A stretch of DNA of 63,614 bases, filler included, from Stramenopiles sp. TOSAG23-3 (lineage: Eukaryota), in NCBI GenBank assembly GCA_900128585.1. It is 13 parts of 13 records of this genome, joined end to end, with 100 filler letters (N's around TTAATTAATTAA, not from the genome) between each part and the next. Parts side by side here need not be neighbours in the genome. Positions count along the whole stretch, not along the records: positions 1 to 5,505 come from LT643508.1; positions 5,606 to 11,108 come from LT643509.1; 11 more parts are not named here. One strand, 5' to 3'. This document shows positions 1 to 9,630 of this stretch, in pieces. The notes under the pieces are model-generated. The model did no database searches and was not told where the DNA came from. It worked only from the letters and a program-made list of their open reading frames with translations. Each line of letters starts with the position of its first letter. The stretch's first letter is position 1. A program made the position numbers and the translations under genes.

Positions 1-302
1 ATAATAATACCTTCTTCATCACATAGTATCATAAATTTGAGAAGAGACGATTTTTAATTCGTAACAACTTTTAACGCACTGGCTAAGACCATTTCTAAAA
101 ATATATTGATTGATTGATCGATCTTTCATTGTGTTCGTTACTTTTTTTCTGTAGTCTTCTTCTGCTGTTTATTTCTTCATAGTTTTTTTTTCTCGCTCAT
201 CATTCACCTTCGCTCATTTTACGTTGCTGCCTGTCCTCCCCTGCGCGTTGGTGATTGCTGTTGTTGTTGTACGTTTTGGGAGGTATACATATACATACAT
301 AC

Positions 303-1697
303 ATGCATCGTTTGAATTGGTTCACGGCGCTTCGCAACGTTTCGGTGCATGTTTTTTTTTTACTGCTGGCCGCCTCCTTCCAGGCGACGTGTACATACGC
401 GGGGGGAGGGTTCTACCATGTCAACTCGCTCACGGGCCACTCCCAGCGAAACATAGATTTGATCGACAGGCTGAGCGGCACGGTGAGGTTCGACGTCGAA
501 GGGGCGGCGGCGGCATCGAACCAGACGGTCCAAATGACTGACCATTTAGGAAAGCAGTACAAATGCAAGCTCGGGAACAAGACGGCCGACGTCAAGGGCT
601 CGCCCCCCCGCCGCAACGGCGACGACGGCTTCGTGTCCCGCCCGGGATCCCGCAACTTTTCGCCCTCGGACCCCGAGCAACAGCTGCAGCAAATCGCAGG
701 GGTCTGCGCTGAGTTTCCGTTGGGGTGGTGGACCTATCGGTGGTGCCACAAGAAGCAAGTGACGCAGTTTCACAAAGATGCGGACGGTTCGGTGGGAAAG
801 ACGACGAGCATTGGTATATTCGACCCAAAACTCACCAAGGTCGTCGAGCCGCCGTCCAAACCGGTGGAGGGGGAGGTCGTCGGGGCGACCCTTACGTACT
901 TTTTCACGAAAGGGAACGCCAAAGGCTGCAGCGACGCGGAGGTCGGCCGGACCACGACGGTGACCTTGTCGTGCTGCGGCGATCCGGGCTCGCCGCCGCA
1001 GGGGGGGGGGGGGGGGATTAAAATGTCCTCGTTCAAGGAGCCCGAACCATGTAAATACGAATTTCGCCTGTGCTCCACGTTCCTTTGCGAACGCTCGGGT
1101 CGTGCCGCCGCAGCCGCTCAGCGGGCGAAAACCGTTCACCAGCTCCTGAAGCCCTTGGAGAACGTGTGCATGCAGAAGCACGAGGGTTGGTGGACGTACG
1201 AGTTTTGTTACCGTCAGCATGTCCGCCAAGTGCACTTGCAGGCCGTTGCGAACAAGAACGGGAAGCGGGAGACGAAGGTCGTGTCGGAGTACGTGCTCGG
1301 TAAATTCGACGGGCGGAAGGAGACGGCCGGGAACGAGGTGGAGGGCCCTGAATCCATTGTCCCGTCCCTCGAGGACCCGGCGCGGAAAGCGTTCGCCCAG
1401 GATTACTCCCAAGGGCACAAATGTGGTATCACGGGGCAAACCCGATCGACCCGTGTGTATTTTGTTTGTAAGCCAGGGACCAAGACGACATTTCTGGTCT
1501 CTGTCAAAGAGGAGCGAACGTGCCACTACGTCATGGTCGTGAACGCCCCGGTCCTGTGCGAACACTCGCTCTTCCAAGTCACCGCGGACAGCAGCAGAGA
1601 ACTCGTCTGTTCTCTCCAGCAAGGCAAGGGGAAGGAGGCAGAGACGAACGGGGGGAAGCAGGTGGAGGTCGAGATCGATGCACGGGGTTCTAAATAA
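303..1697 (+). CDS. ERLEC1: ER lectin, OS-9/ERLEC1 (XTP3-B) family, two MRH (PRKCSH-like) domains
   Basis: Hydrophobic N-terminal signal after ATG 303; two MRH-type blocks (CAEFPLGWWTYRWCHKKQVTQFH..EPEPCKY and CMQKHEGWWTYEFCYRQHVRQVH..EERTCHY). The ORF-track start at 255 is a TTG. Confidence 0.85.
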   Translation: MHRLNWFTALRNVSVHVFFLLLAASFQATCTYAGGGFYHVNSLTGHSQRNIDLIDRLSGTVRFDVEGAAAASNQTVQMTDHLGKQYKCKLGNKTADVKGSPPRRNGDDGFVSRPGSRNFSPSDPEQQLQQIAGVCAEFPLGWWTYRWCHKKQVTQFHKDADGSVGKTTSIGIFDPKLTKVVEPPSKPVEGEVVGATLTYFFTKGNAKGCSDAEVGRTTTVTLSCCGDPGSPPQGGGGGIKMSSFKEPEPCKYEFRLCSTFLCERSGRAAAAAQRAKTVHQLLKPLENVCMQKHEGWWTYEFCYRQHVRQVHLQAVANKNGKRETKVVSEYVLGKFDGRKETAGNEVEGPESIVPSLEDPARKAFAQDYSQGHKCGITGQTRSTRVYFVCKPGTKTTFLVSVKEERTCHYVMVVNAPVLCEHSLFQVTADSSRELVCSLQQGKGKEAETNGGKQVEVEIDARGSK

Positions 1698-1892
1698 CAG
1701 CACGCACGTGTATTTTGTTTTTAGTGTTCACACGTAAGAATACGATTCTTATTTTTACGGAAGAAGTAAGTTCTTTTTTAAAATATTAAAAGAGTTTTTA
1801 ATAAATTAAAATGGCGCCCCATTTGTTCGTAGTCGTCGCTCGTCGCCCGCCACCGTTTCTTCCTTTTTTTTCCGTCCTCCGGTCCCCCACCC

Positions 1893-3185
1893 TCAAATCT
1901 CCTCGCTTCGTCCGCCCGGGCTCCTGGGCTTTGGGGAAGACTTTCCCGAAGTCGACGATGTCCTCTTGCCCCGTTCCTTTCCTGGTGGTCTTTCCTGGTT
2001 TTGCGCCGCGCTGCCCCCGCCGGACCCGCTGCCCGCGGCGGAGGCAACCAGGGTAAACCGACGCTCGATTTCCCTGACACGGGTGTTCAGTTGTTCGTGC
2101 TTTTCTGGGAGACTTTGGCTTTCTGTTTCTCCCCACGTTTCCTTGAGCAGTTTGTTCTCGATCTCTAAGTCTACAATGCGCCGCTCCAAGGAATTGATGG
2201 CCTCGATGTGTTCTTCCCTGAGACGGACCTCCAGGGCGCGCAATTTTGCGTCCACGCCTCCCTCGTCCACCGCTACCACTGCCCCTTCCGCCACCTTTCC
2301 GCCCGGCCCAGCGGCCTGCCCCTTTTCCACAGCAGCTGCGGCGTTGTCTTCTTTGGCTTGAAGCTCCGTAAGGTTCCGCTCCAAGTGTTTCTGGCGCTCG
2401 TCCATCTGTTCTATTTTCTGCATCAGCGCTTTGACAATGTTCTTGTCGTACGCCGGTGGTCTCTCGCCAGCGGGTGGGCGGTCGGGGCGGCGCGCAGCCA
2501 CCTTGGACGCGGGGGCGTGGCCCCCGTTTACGCTGCCGCTGCCGCCGCCGCGGTCCACTGCCTCCTCCAGCGCTTTGTCGTACTTTACCCCGCCGCCACC
2601 GTGGGAGTACAGCAAGTCCATCGCGTACCGGTTCATCTGCACCACCTCTTCCTGTTCGCACGTCTTCGCCTCTTCCCTCTCCCGGGGGGTCACAACCTCG
2701 TTGTCCAGGCGGGCCAGCTGAGGCAGCATTCGCACCACAAATGTAGTGTAGTGCGGGTGGTCGGCGCACGGGTTGTCGTTCAACCATAACAGCCGTAAAT
2801 TCTGCAAATCCTTCAAGTAGACGACCTCCTCGATGGTATGAATGTTGTTTTTCCGAAGGTACAACTCCGACAGTTTCGGGCAGTACGAGAACGGCTCCAG
2901 GGATGATATCTGGTTCACGGACAAGCTGATAATTTCGACGTTTGCCATCTGCGAGACCAGAGACACATCGCTCAGCTGAGAGCCCCACAGGTTCAGGTGA
3001 ACCACGGCCTCCAACGTTTCGCACTTTGTCTTTGCATACACGAGCGACTCCTTCAGCACCTGCCCTTTCTTTTCCGCTTTGGACGGCGGCGGGGAGTTTT
3101 CTGGGGAAGGGACACCCCTACGAACTTTTGCCTGGGGCGTAGGGTGGTGGAGAATTGGCCGGTCGTACGGGTTGTACGTTGACAT
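1893..3185 (-). CDS. CFAP410: CFAP410/C21orf2-like ciliary LRR protein with C-terminal coiled coil
   Basis: LNLWGSQLSDVS..ISLSVNQISSL..LSELYLRKNNI..LWLNDNPC..VVRMLPQLARLDN matches the CFAP410 N-terminal LRR/LRRcap; first ATG is at 3185. Confidence 0.8.
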   Translation of the reverse strand: MSTYNPYDRPILHHPTPQAKVRRGVPSPENSPPPSKAEKKGQVLKESLVYAKTKCETLEAVVHLNLWGSQLSDVSLVSQMANVEIISLSVNQISSLEPFSYCPKLSELYLRKNNIHTIEEVVYLKDLQNLRLLWLNDNPCADHPHYTTFVVRMLPQLARLDNEVVTPREREEAKTCEQEEVVQMNRYAMDLLYSHGGGGVKYDKALEEAVDRGGGSGSVNGGHAPASKVAARRPDRPPAGERPPAYDKNIVKALMQKIEQMDERQKHLERNLTELQAKEDNAAAAVEKGQAAGPGGKVAEGAVVAVDEGGVDAKLRALEVRLREEHIEAINSLERRIVDLEIENKLLKETWGETESQSLPEKHEQLNTRVREIERRFTLVASAAGSGSGGGSAAQNQERPPGKERGKRTSSTSGKSSPKPRSPGGRSEEI

Positions 3186-3564
3186 GCTGTGCGGGCGGGT
3201 CGCTGGAAACAACTACTCTAATATCTATATCTATTGGGCACGGTCCCCATTTACCAAAATCTCTGTCCGTGGTCGGTAGATAGTAGTATTCAAAAATTAA
3301 TCAACGTTGTTGAAGGAAGGACCTTGAGTATGTAAATATCACAAAACGTTTATTTTCATCTTTCCTCTCTCGCTTACTTACTTTCTTTCCCTTGTGATCT
3401 ATTTGAAATGTATCATTGTTTTAATCGACATCCATGAATAATATAATAAAACGCTTCATAATAATTTTGTTTACTATTAGCTATATATATTTGTGACAAT
3501 TATTATTATTATTATTATAATATTTGTTTTTTTTATTATTATTATTATAGACTAGTCTAATAAT

Positions 3565-3800
3565 AATAAAAAAAAAAAAGAGAAGAAGAAGAAGAAGAAG
3601 AAGAAGAAGAAGAAGAAGAAAAAAATAGAATTGTGAGGAAGAAAGAAGAAGAAAAAAGAAGATAAAAGAGAGAGAAGATAAAAGAAGAAGAAGACAAAGA
3701 AGATATGATAAAAGAAGAAGATAAAAGAAGAAGAAGGAGGTAAAGAAGATAAAAGAAGAAGAAAAAAAGAAGAAGAAGATAAAAGAAGAAGAAAAAAATA
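3565..3800 (+). repeat. (GAA)n / purine-rich low-complexity tract
   Basis: Runs of gaagaagaa and gataaaagaagaag seen directly; similar tracts at about 16480-16690, 17520-17590, 22407-22455 and 33800-33890. Confidence 0.9.
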
Positions 3801-3826
3801 TAACAAATACAGATGATAAAAACTGA

Positions 3827-4897
3827 TTAATCGTCCTTCTCGTACTTGATTTTGGCATATTTCCCGTCTTTTTCGTACCCAGCTTCGATGCTAAAGCCAC
3901 CGGCTTCTTCGTCATCTTCGTCAAATACGAAGTCCTCGTCCTCCGCGTCTTCGTCGTCAACGTCCATTTCGTCCTGCTCCCACTTGGTTTTGGCATATTT
4001 CCCGTTTTTCCCTAACTCGGGGACCGACCATACGTCCGTGTCCATCTCGTCGAAGGAAGGAGTACATTTATTCTTACAGCCTTTTCCACCAAAATTATTC
4101 AAGCATAATTTGCAGGTGTAACTCGCGCTGCTGCAGGCGCCGTTTACACACCCCTTGCCGCCGCCGTTCTTGACGCAGACCGTGCAGGAGGAGGAAACGC
4201 TGGAGGTACAGCATTGAATGTTCCAGGCTCCTGGGCAACGTCCCGTCTGTGGGGTGGAGCCACAGGTTGCCTCTTGGACGTTGATGCACTTCCCAGAGCA
4301 TTTGCTGCTGCCGCCGCCACTGCTAGTGCTACCGCCGCCACTACTGGTGCCACCGCACCCCCCGTATTTTCGAAAGTAACTTTCGCGATCGCTCAGGCCG
4401 TTGGAGCCTCCGTTAATGTAGTAGGTGGCATCCCGGGTGTTGCAAAAATTACTGACACGAGGGCGAACTCGGTCTTTCCAATATTTTAGCGCAACTTTTG
4501 AGGCTACCGCCGGTTGGAGGGCCAGGGTCGGGTTCCCTTCCAGATCAAGCCCAAGGGCTCGTCCAAAGGTGCGGTAGTTGGCGCGGCCGGTCAGCTGTAT
4601 GTAGCCACGACCCTTGTAGCGCTTTCCGTCGCCTGGCTGTGTGTTTCCAAGGTCTCCCCGGCCCTCGTAGGCGGCCCCGCTGGCGTACTCTTCCATGGTG
4701 TTGAAGTGGGCACATTCGTGCGCACACTGCGCCATAAACTGTCGCAGTTCGTCCCCCCTCATACCCGCACTGCACGCAGCACTGATAAGGGCGCTCTCAC
4801 GGGAGCCTTGGGTCCCCGAGAAGATGCCCCGCATACAGCTAGCCGACGCGGCCCCAACCAGGGCCACCGTGGCAACAAGAAACAGGGAGACTTTCAT
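3827..4897 (-). CDS. Secreted glycoside hydrolase family 19 (chitinase/lysozyme-like) with Cys-rich modules and acidic tail
   Basis: Signal peptide; FMAQCAHEC..MEE, YEGRGDLGNTQPGDGKRYKGRGYIQLTGRANY and INGGSNGLSDR are GH19 motifs; Gly/Ser linker; Cys-rich region; Asp/Glu-rich C-terminus. Confidence 0.9.
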   Translation of the reverse strand: MKVSLFLVATVALVGAASASCMRGIFSGTQGSRESALISAACSAGMRGDELRQFMAQCAHECAHFNTMEEYASGAAYEGRGDLGNTQPGDGKRYKGRGYIQLTGRANYRTFGRALGLDLEGNPTLALQPAVASKVALKYWKDRVRPRVSNFCNTRDATYYINGGSNGLSDRESYFRKYGGCGGTSSGGGSTSSGGGSSKCSGKCINVQEATCGSTPQTGRCPGAWNIQCCTSSVSSSCTVCVKNGGGKGCVNGACSSASYTCKLCLNNFGGKGCKNKCTPSFDEMDTDVWSVPELGKNGKYAKTKWEQDEMDVDDEDAEDEDFVFDEDDEEAGGFSIEAGYEKDGKYAKIKYEKDD

Positions 4898-5239
4898 GAT
4901 GCTCGCTATGTCCGAAACACGAAAAGATAATAAAATAAAACTAAGATACAGTTCAATTTTGTTGCTCGTTTAATTGGTATGATCCTTTCCTTTACCTGGT
5001 GAAAGAAGTGAAAATGTGAAATTCTGTACCATCAACCACCATTGATATTGTTTCATTCCATTGGTTCCTTCGTTCCGTCACCACTATACGGTACAGTAGT
5101 ACAATATTTTAATATTTTATTATGTTGTTGTATTAATTAATAATATACATGTAATAGAATAAAAACAGCTTCAACATATTTTTTATTTTTTATTTTTGCA
5201 CGCACAAATATATTAAATATATAGGAATAGCAGGTGTAG

Positions 5240-5271
<32 letters not shown>

Positions 5272-5505
5272 AGAAGAGAAGAAAGAAAAAAAGCAAATTC
5301 CAAAAGTGTAGCTGTTAAACAAATCCATGCTGTGTCTATATATGTAGTATACAAGAATAAAGAAAAACAAATAATAAATATATAATTATTATTATATTTT
5401 AGTAATAAATATTAATGTTATTATACTATTATACAGCATTATTATGGTATTTTTATAAAATACAGAACCACTCAACAACAACAATGTAAAAACAAAAAAT
5501 AATAA

Positions 5506-5605
5506 NNNNNNNNNNNNNNNNNNNNNNNNNNNNNNNNNNNNNNNNNNNNTTAATTAATTAANNNNNNNNNNNNNNNNNNNNNNNNNNNNNNNNNNNNNNN
5601 NNNNN
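5506..5605. other. Artificial contig spacer N44-TTAATTAATTAA-N44 (first of 12)
   Basis: Same 100-nt spacer at 11109-11208, 16709-16808, 22307-22406, 27902-28001, 33495-33594, 39080-39179, 44662-44761, 50244-50343, 55824-55923, 61403-61502 and 62509-62608. The core gives stops in all six frames. Gaps 9200-9243 and 37814-37955 lack the core and are internal scaffold gaps. Confidence 0.98.
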
Positions 5606-5984
5606 CTCTCAGCTCTCAGCATTCAAGATGGTCGTCGACAATCATCACAACACGCGGGTGCGGGGTGCGGGGCATACACGCGGTGGTCCGCGACGTGAAA
5701 CATTTGGTGATTTGCGTAAATATAAATTTATACTCCTCTATACCATACACACAGCAAATTTGTTTTCTCTCGCTCGTACTATAGTATTAGAAAAAAAGTA
5801 AAGAAGCGAAGTAAAGAAGTCCTTACTGATTTGGAAATGGAATGAATAATAAGTTGAATATTAAACTTACACTTGTTTTCAAATATTAACGCACGAATGA
5901 ACCCCCCCGTAACCGTATGATCGTTTCGCGATGCTTTTCCTATAATGGTGGTTCAACGGTAACGTCTGGGTACGGTATACACAC

Positions 5985-8675
5985 ATGCCGAGCACTCGTA
6001 CGATCGGGTTCGGTTGGAACGCATGCGGCCAGCTGGGGGCAACAAACTATTTGAGCAGCATTACCGTCCCTACCGTCTTGGAACTGCCAGACGAAGAGAA
6101 GCATGGGAAAATCAGGGGAGCGGCGACCGGGCATTTTTCAACACTCTTCTGCACCACCAAAGGGTTAGTGGTAGGAATGGGATCCGACGAGAACGGCCTG
6201 CTCGGCGGGGCGTCGAAAGGTAACAAACGGTCTTCGGGCGATGCGGTCCGGGGCATGTCCCCGCACCACATCGTTTCCCCGACCATTTTGACATGCTTTC
6301 AACGCCACCGTGTGGTCAAAGTAGCCTGCGGGGCGGAGCATGCGGCGGCGATCACGGTCCACCGCCAGCTTCTTACCTGGGGAAAAAACAACGCGGGGCA
6401 GCTCGGGAGGCTCCCTGACCCCACGAACGTCATCGAGTACAAGCCTCGGGGGACAGAAAAGGGCGCGTTGGATAAGGGTATTGTCGCCGTGGCCCTGGGA
6501 TTCGCCCACACCGTCGCGCTGAACTCCGATGGGCACGTGTTCGTGTTTGGAGATGGCACTAGGGGAACGCTGGGGCTGGGGCACGAGAAAGTGTTGATCG
6601 AGAATGCCCTGGCGGGGGGCATGGGCCCACCCAACAGGCGGCACGGCAAGCGGTGGGTAGTCCAGGCCAAGTCCACCAGCGAGCCACAGCGCATCGTTTC
6701 GTTGGTCGTCCGTATTGTTCAGGTTGCAGCTGGGGACTACCACAGCCTTTTTCTCGACATGACAGGAAACGTGTGGGCATGCGGCCTGTTGCAGTACGGG
6801 CGGCTGGGAGTGGGCGCCGGCGCTCCCAGCTCCGGCCCGGATGGGGTAGTCAGCAAGCCAGCACTTGTAAAATTATTCGGCAGCCTGGCGTTGCCCCTGA
6901 AGAAAGGCAAGGGGGAGGATGGTGACGGGTTGGAGGGGGGAGGGGAGGATCACGACGGGGCTGAATTGGAGGACGAAGTAGAGCACGTCCCGCAGGTTCT
7001 CCAGGCTGTATCCATTGGCGCGGGTGGGGCTGGGAGTTTTGCTCTTGGGAACGATGGACATTGTTACGTGTGGGGCTGCAATTTCAACGGGCAATTGGGC
7101 CTGCAAGGTGCCCATCGAGACGTTCCAGAGCCCACGCCAATCCCAAATTTCAACGATGAAACTGGAATTTCAATAAAGTTAGTTGCCATGGCAGAGGACC
7201 ACTCCATCTTCCTTTCCGAAACGGGCAACCTGTACGCAAGTGGAAAGGTGAAATGTGGTCGACTAGGGTACGACGAAAACAACGTGGACTGTATATCTCA
7301 GCCAAGGCTGATCGTGGAGAAGTCAGAGGCAAAGCGCGGGGTCCTCTCGGATATCGTCACCTTTGTGTCTGCAAGCGGGGCCCACTGCGTTGCCTTAAGC
7401 GTGGAAGACGACCCAGGGTTCGTGCATCGACTCCGGCGGCAAGTGGCGGAATCAGATGTTCTGCTTGCCAAAGAGGACGCTCGGAAGCAAGAGATGGAGG
7501 AGAAGCAGAGGGAAGCAGAAGCTGCCCGAGAGCAGAGTAAGTTCTTTGCAAAAATGCGAGAGGAGTACAACGCGGAACAAAAACGCGAAGCTGCAAAGCT
7601 CTTCAGACAGCAAAACCAGGACAGGATGAAGAAACGACCCCCGGTAGAAAAGAAGGAACCTGGAACGGTTCCAACGGGGGGCGCTGGCACCGCGCCTGCG
7701 CATCACCCGAGCACAGACGACGACCCTGTCTCAGAGCAGTCAATTGCAGGCAACGGGCAAGGCGCAGGCAAGGGGGGGGGGGGGGGTGCCGAGGACGCCA
7801 AAACCGATGCTTTGTCTGAAGACGAAGATTACGTTTATGAGTCAGGCAGTGAAGATGACGAGGAGGTACTAGCGGCATGCAACGTTGTGAAGAAAGAGGG
7901 GGCTCTGGGATTGACTGCATCGGCATCTGCCCCTGTCCTGAGAAGTAACTTCTCGGAATTTCAACCCCAGAAATTGTCCTACAACGACATGATGGTACAG
8001 GCACTGCAGGCATCGTTGAAGGAGACAGTGCAGCATGAAGACGAAGTGGTCCACAACACAATTGTGGAACCAGCGCCAATCGTGGAGTCAGCGTCCGTGG
8101 AACACCCCGTTTCAAACGAAGACGGGGAGACCACCAAGCGTTTCATTCAAGAAACTCTTTTGGGCGTGGTGGGACTGGTGGAAACGGAGCATGTGGACCG
8201 GGTTGCATCGGCTGCTGTGAACACATTGCTAGAGGATGTGGTGAGTAGCATCTTGGCTGTGTCGGTACAAACAATTGACGATGAAAACGTTCAAACGTTG
8301 CCTTCAGAAGAAGACCGGCAGGATGGGCACCAAAGCACCGAAGCTTTGGTTCAGGAGGAAATGTCAATTGCTGAAGAGGAATATTTGTCGACAGAGCCGG
8401 TCCATGACCAGAAAACGGACAATGTTGCGGAGCAAGTTGAAGAAGAGAAGGAGACAGTCACAGAGGCAAAAGCTGACGAAATTGTTCAGGTGGACGGAAT
8501 CAAGGAATTGCTGGGAGCCCAAGAAGTCCCCACAAAAAAGGATGATGATGTTTCCAAACAGAAGTCTGTAAATAGCAAGGAAAAGGCTGGATTGGATGAA
8601 GCAAGGAAACCAGCAAGGGAAGACCAGGTTTGCAAGAAAAAACCTGATGTTGTAACATTTGAATGGTGCGGGTGA
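5985..8675 (+). CDS. RCC1-repeat (beta-propeller) protein with coiled coil and long acidic C-terminal region
   Basis: About 7 RCC1 repeats (GFGWNACGQLG, VACGAEH..TWGKNNAGQLG, VALGFAHT..FGDGTRGTLG, VAAGDYHS..ACGLLQYGRLG, WGCNFNGQLG). Confidence 0.88.
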   Translation: MPSTRTIGFGWNACGQLGATNYLSSITVPTVLELPDEEKHGKIRGAATGHFSTLFCTTKGLVVGMGSDENGLLGGASKGNKRSSGDAVRGMSPHHIVSPTILTCFQRHRVVKVACGAEHAAAITVHRQLLTWGKNNAGQLGRLPDPTNVIEYKPRGTEKGALDKGIVAVALGFAHTVALNSDGHVFVFGDGTRGTLGLGHEKVLIENALAGGMGPPNRRHGKRWVVQAKSTSEPQRIVSLVVRIVQVAAGDYHSLFLDMTGNVWACGLLQYGRLGVGAGAPSSGPDGVVSKPALVKLFGSLALPLKKGKGEDGDGLEGGGEDHDGAELEDEVEHVPQVLQAVSIGAGGAGSFALGNDGHCYVWGCNFNGQLGLQGAHRDVPEPTPIPNFNDETGISIKLVAMAEDHSIFLSETGNLYASGKVKCGRLGYDENNVDCISQPRLIVEKSEAKRGVLSDIVTFVSASGAHCVALSVEDDPGFVHRLRRQVAESDVLLAKEDARKQEMEEKQREAEAAREQSKFFAKMREEYNAEQKREAAKLFRQQNQDRMKKRPPVEKKEPGTVPTGGAGTAPAHHPSTDDDPVSEQSIAGNGQGAGKGGGGGAEDAKTDALSEDEDYVYESGSEDDEEVLAACNVVKKEGALGLTASASAPVLRSNFSEFQPQKLSYNDMMVQALQASLKETVQHEDEVVHNTIVEPAPIVESASVEHPVSNEDGETTKRFIQETLLGVVGLVETEHVDRVASAAVNTLLEDVVSSILAVSVQTIDDENVQTLPSEEDRQDGHQSTEALVQEEMSIAEEEYLSTEPVHDQKTDNVAEQVEEEKETVTEAKADEIVQVDGIKELLGAQEVPTKKDDDVSKQKSVNSKEKAGLDEARKPAREDQVCKKKPDVVTFEWCG

Positions 8676-8780
8676 GCGATAGATATTTTGCACTTTGTAT
8701 GAAATCCCTCTCTTACGCCTTACGCGTTGTTGTAAAATATATTACACTCAATGAAAATTTTATTAATTACGACATCATTA

Positions 8781-8816
8781 AAATGAGAGTCTTAAAACAT
8801 ACTATATAATTTGTTT
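8781..8816 (+). repeat. Interspersed repeat module B (TGAGAGTCTTAAAACATACTATAT)
   Basis: Related copies at about 19174-19212, 38034-38080 and 53874-53913, each in a different contig. Confidence 0.7.
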
Positions 8817-9544
8817 ATCATTAATATAATTGTATTATCGCTTTTTTGGTAAAAAAAAAAAAGACGACCGTCGCTTTTTTTCGTTTAGTAAAATGCGGTG
8901 ATAGACGCCTGTTCAACAAAGTGGTCAATGTCCTTGGCGCGAATAAAAATCCGACTCGAATTTCAAAGCATGGAAGCATTTTGGTCTAAACCGATAAAAA
9001 AAAGCAAGAAAAACGCCTATCCGCATAAGTTTAGATCCAGCAATCGCTCTGCCCGCGATCTCCGGCCCTCTACGAACGTTTATAAATTGTTTGCCCTCGA
9101 ATGACTTGGAATTACGGTTCCAAGGGACAATTTTTTGTGAAATGGGCGATTTAAACTAAACGCCACCCTAACAAACACTTATTCATTTGTTGGCGTTAGN
9201 NNNNNNNNNNNNNNNNNNNNNNNNNNNNNNNNNNNNNNNNNNNTAAAGATCTCTTCGTTTGAAATAGTTAACACAAAGTTGTTTACCATTTTTCAATTCC
9301 GCGCCAAAGATACTTGCATCCTGTGAAAAAAAACCGCCCCTATATTATCCTGTGGTGATAAGGAGGCGTTAAAATAAATATATTACAGGCACACAGTATA
9401 AATTTATATACTGTGTCTATGTATAAATGGAAAAGAAAAAAAAAGAAGCAATTAGCAATTAGTATATTATTATTTTTTTGTAGTCGTCTACTTCGTACAT
9501 TATATTCCTTATCGCGGTTAACACATTTGACACCACGCGGACGT

Positions 9545-9610
9545 TTCGTGTACGTTCGTGTACGTTCGTGTACGTTCGTGTACGTTCGTGTACGTTCGTG
9601 TACGTTCGTG
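9545..9610 (+). repeat. 10-bp tandem repeat (TACGTTCGTG) x6.5
   Basis: Perfect tandem array ending about 20 bp beyond the stop of the minus-strand CDF gene. Confidence 0.95.
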
Positions 9611-9630
9611 AAATATTTACCCCACGCACG

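Noticed and set aside
1798-3024. 408-aa alternative-frame ORF overlapping CFAP410, and the 385-aa antisense ORF at 546-1703
   Set aside because: Shadow ORFs of GC-rich coding sequence with Arg/Gly/Pro-biased, unrecognisable products.
3481-3996. Phe/Leu/Ser-rich ORFs that look like membrane proteins
   Set aside because: Translations of the (TTC)n low-complexity tract.
5550-5561. TTAATTAATTAA palindrome recurring about every 5.6 kb
   Set aside because: Always centred in 44+44 Ns; an artificial six-frame-stop linker, not biological periodicity.
9545-9610. CRISPR-like or telomere-like array
   Set aside because: No spacers and no cas genes; internal position and the unit is not telomere-like. 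The same applies to (GCTGTGA)n at 34988.
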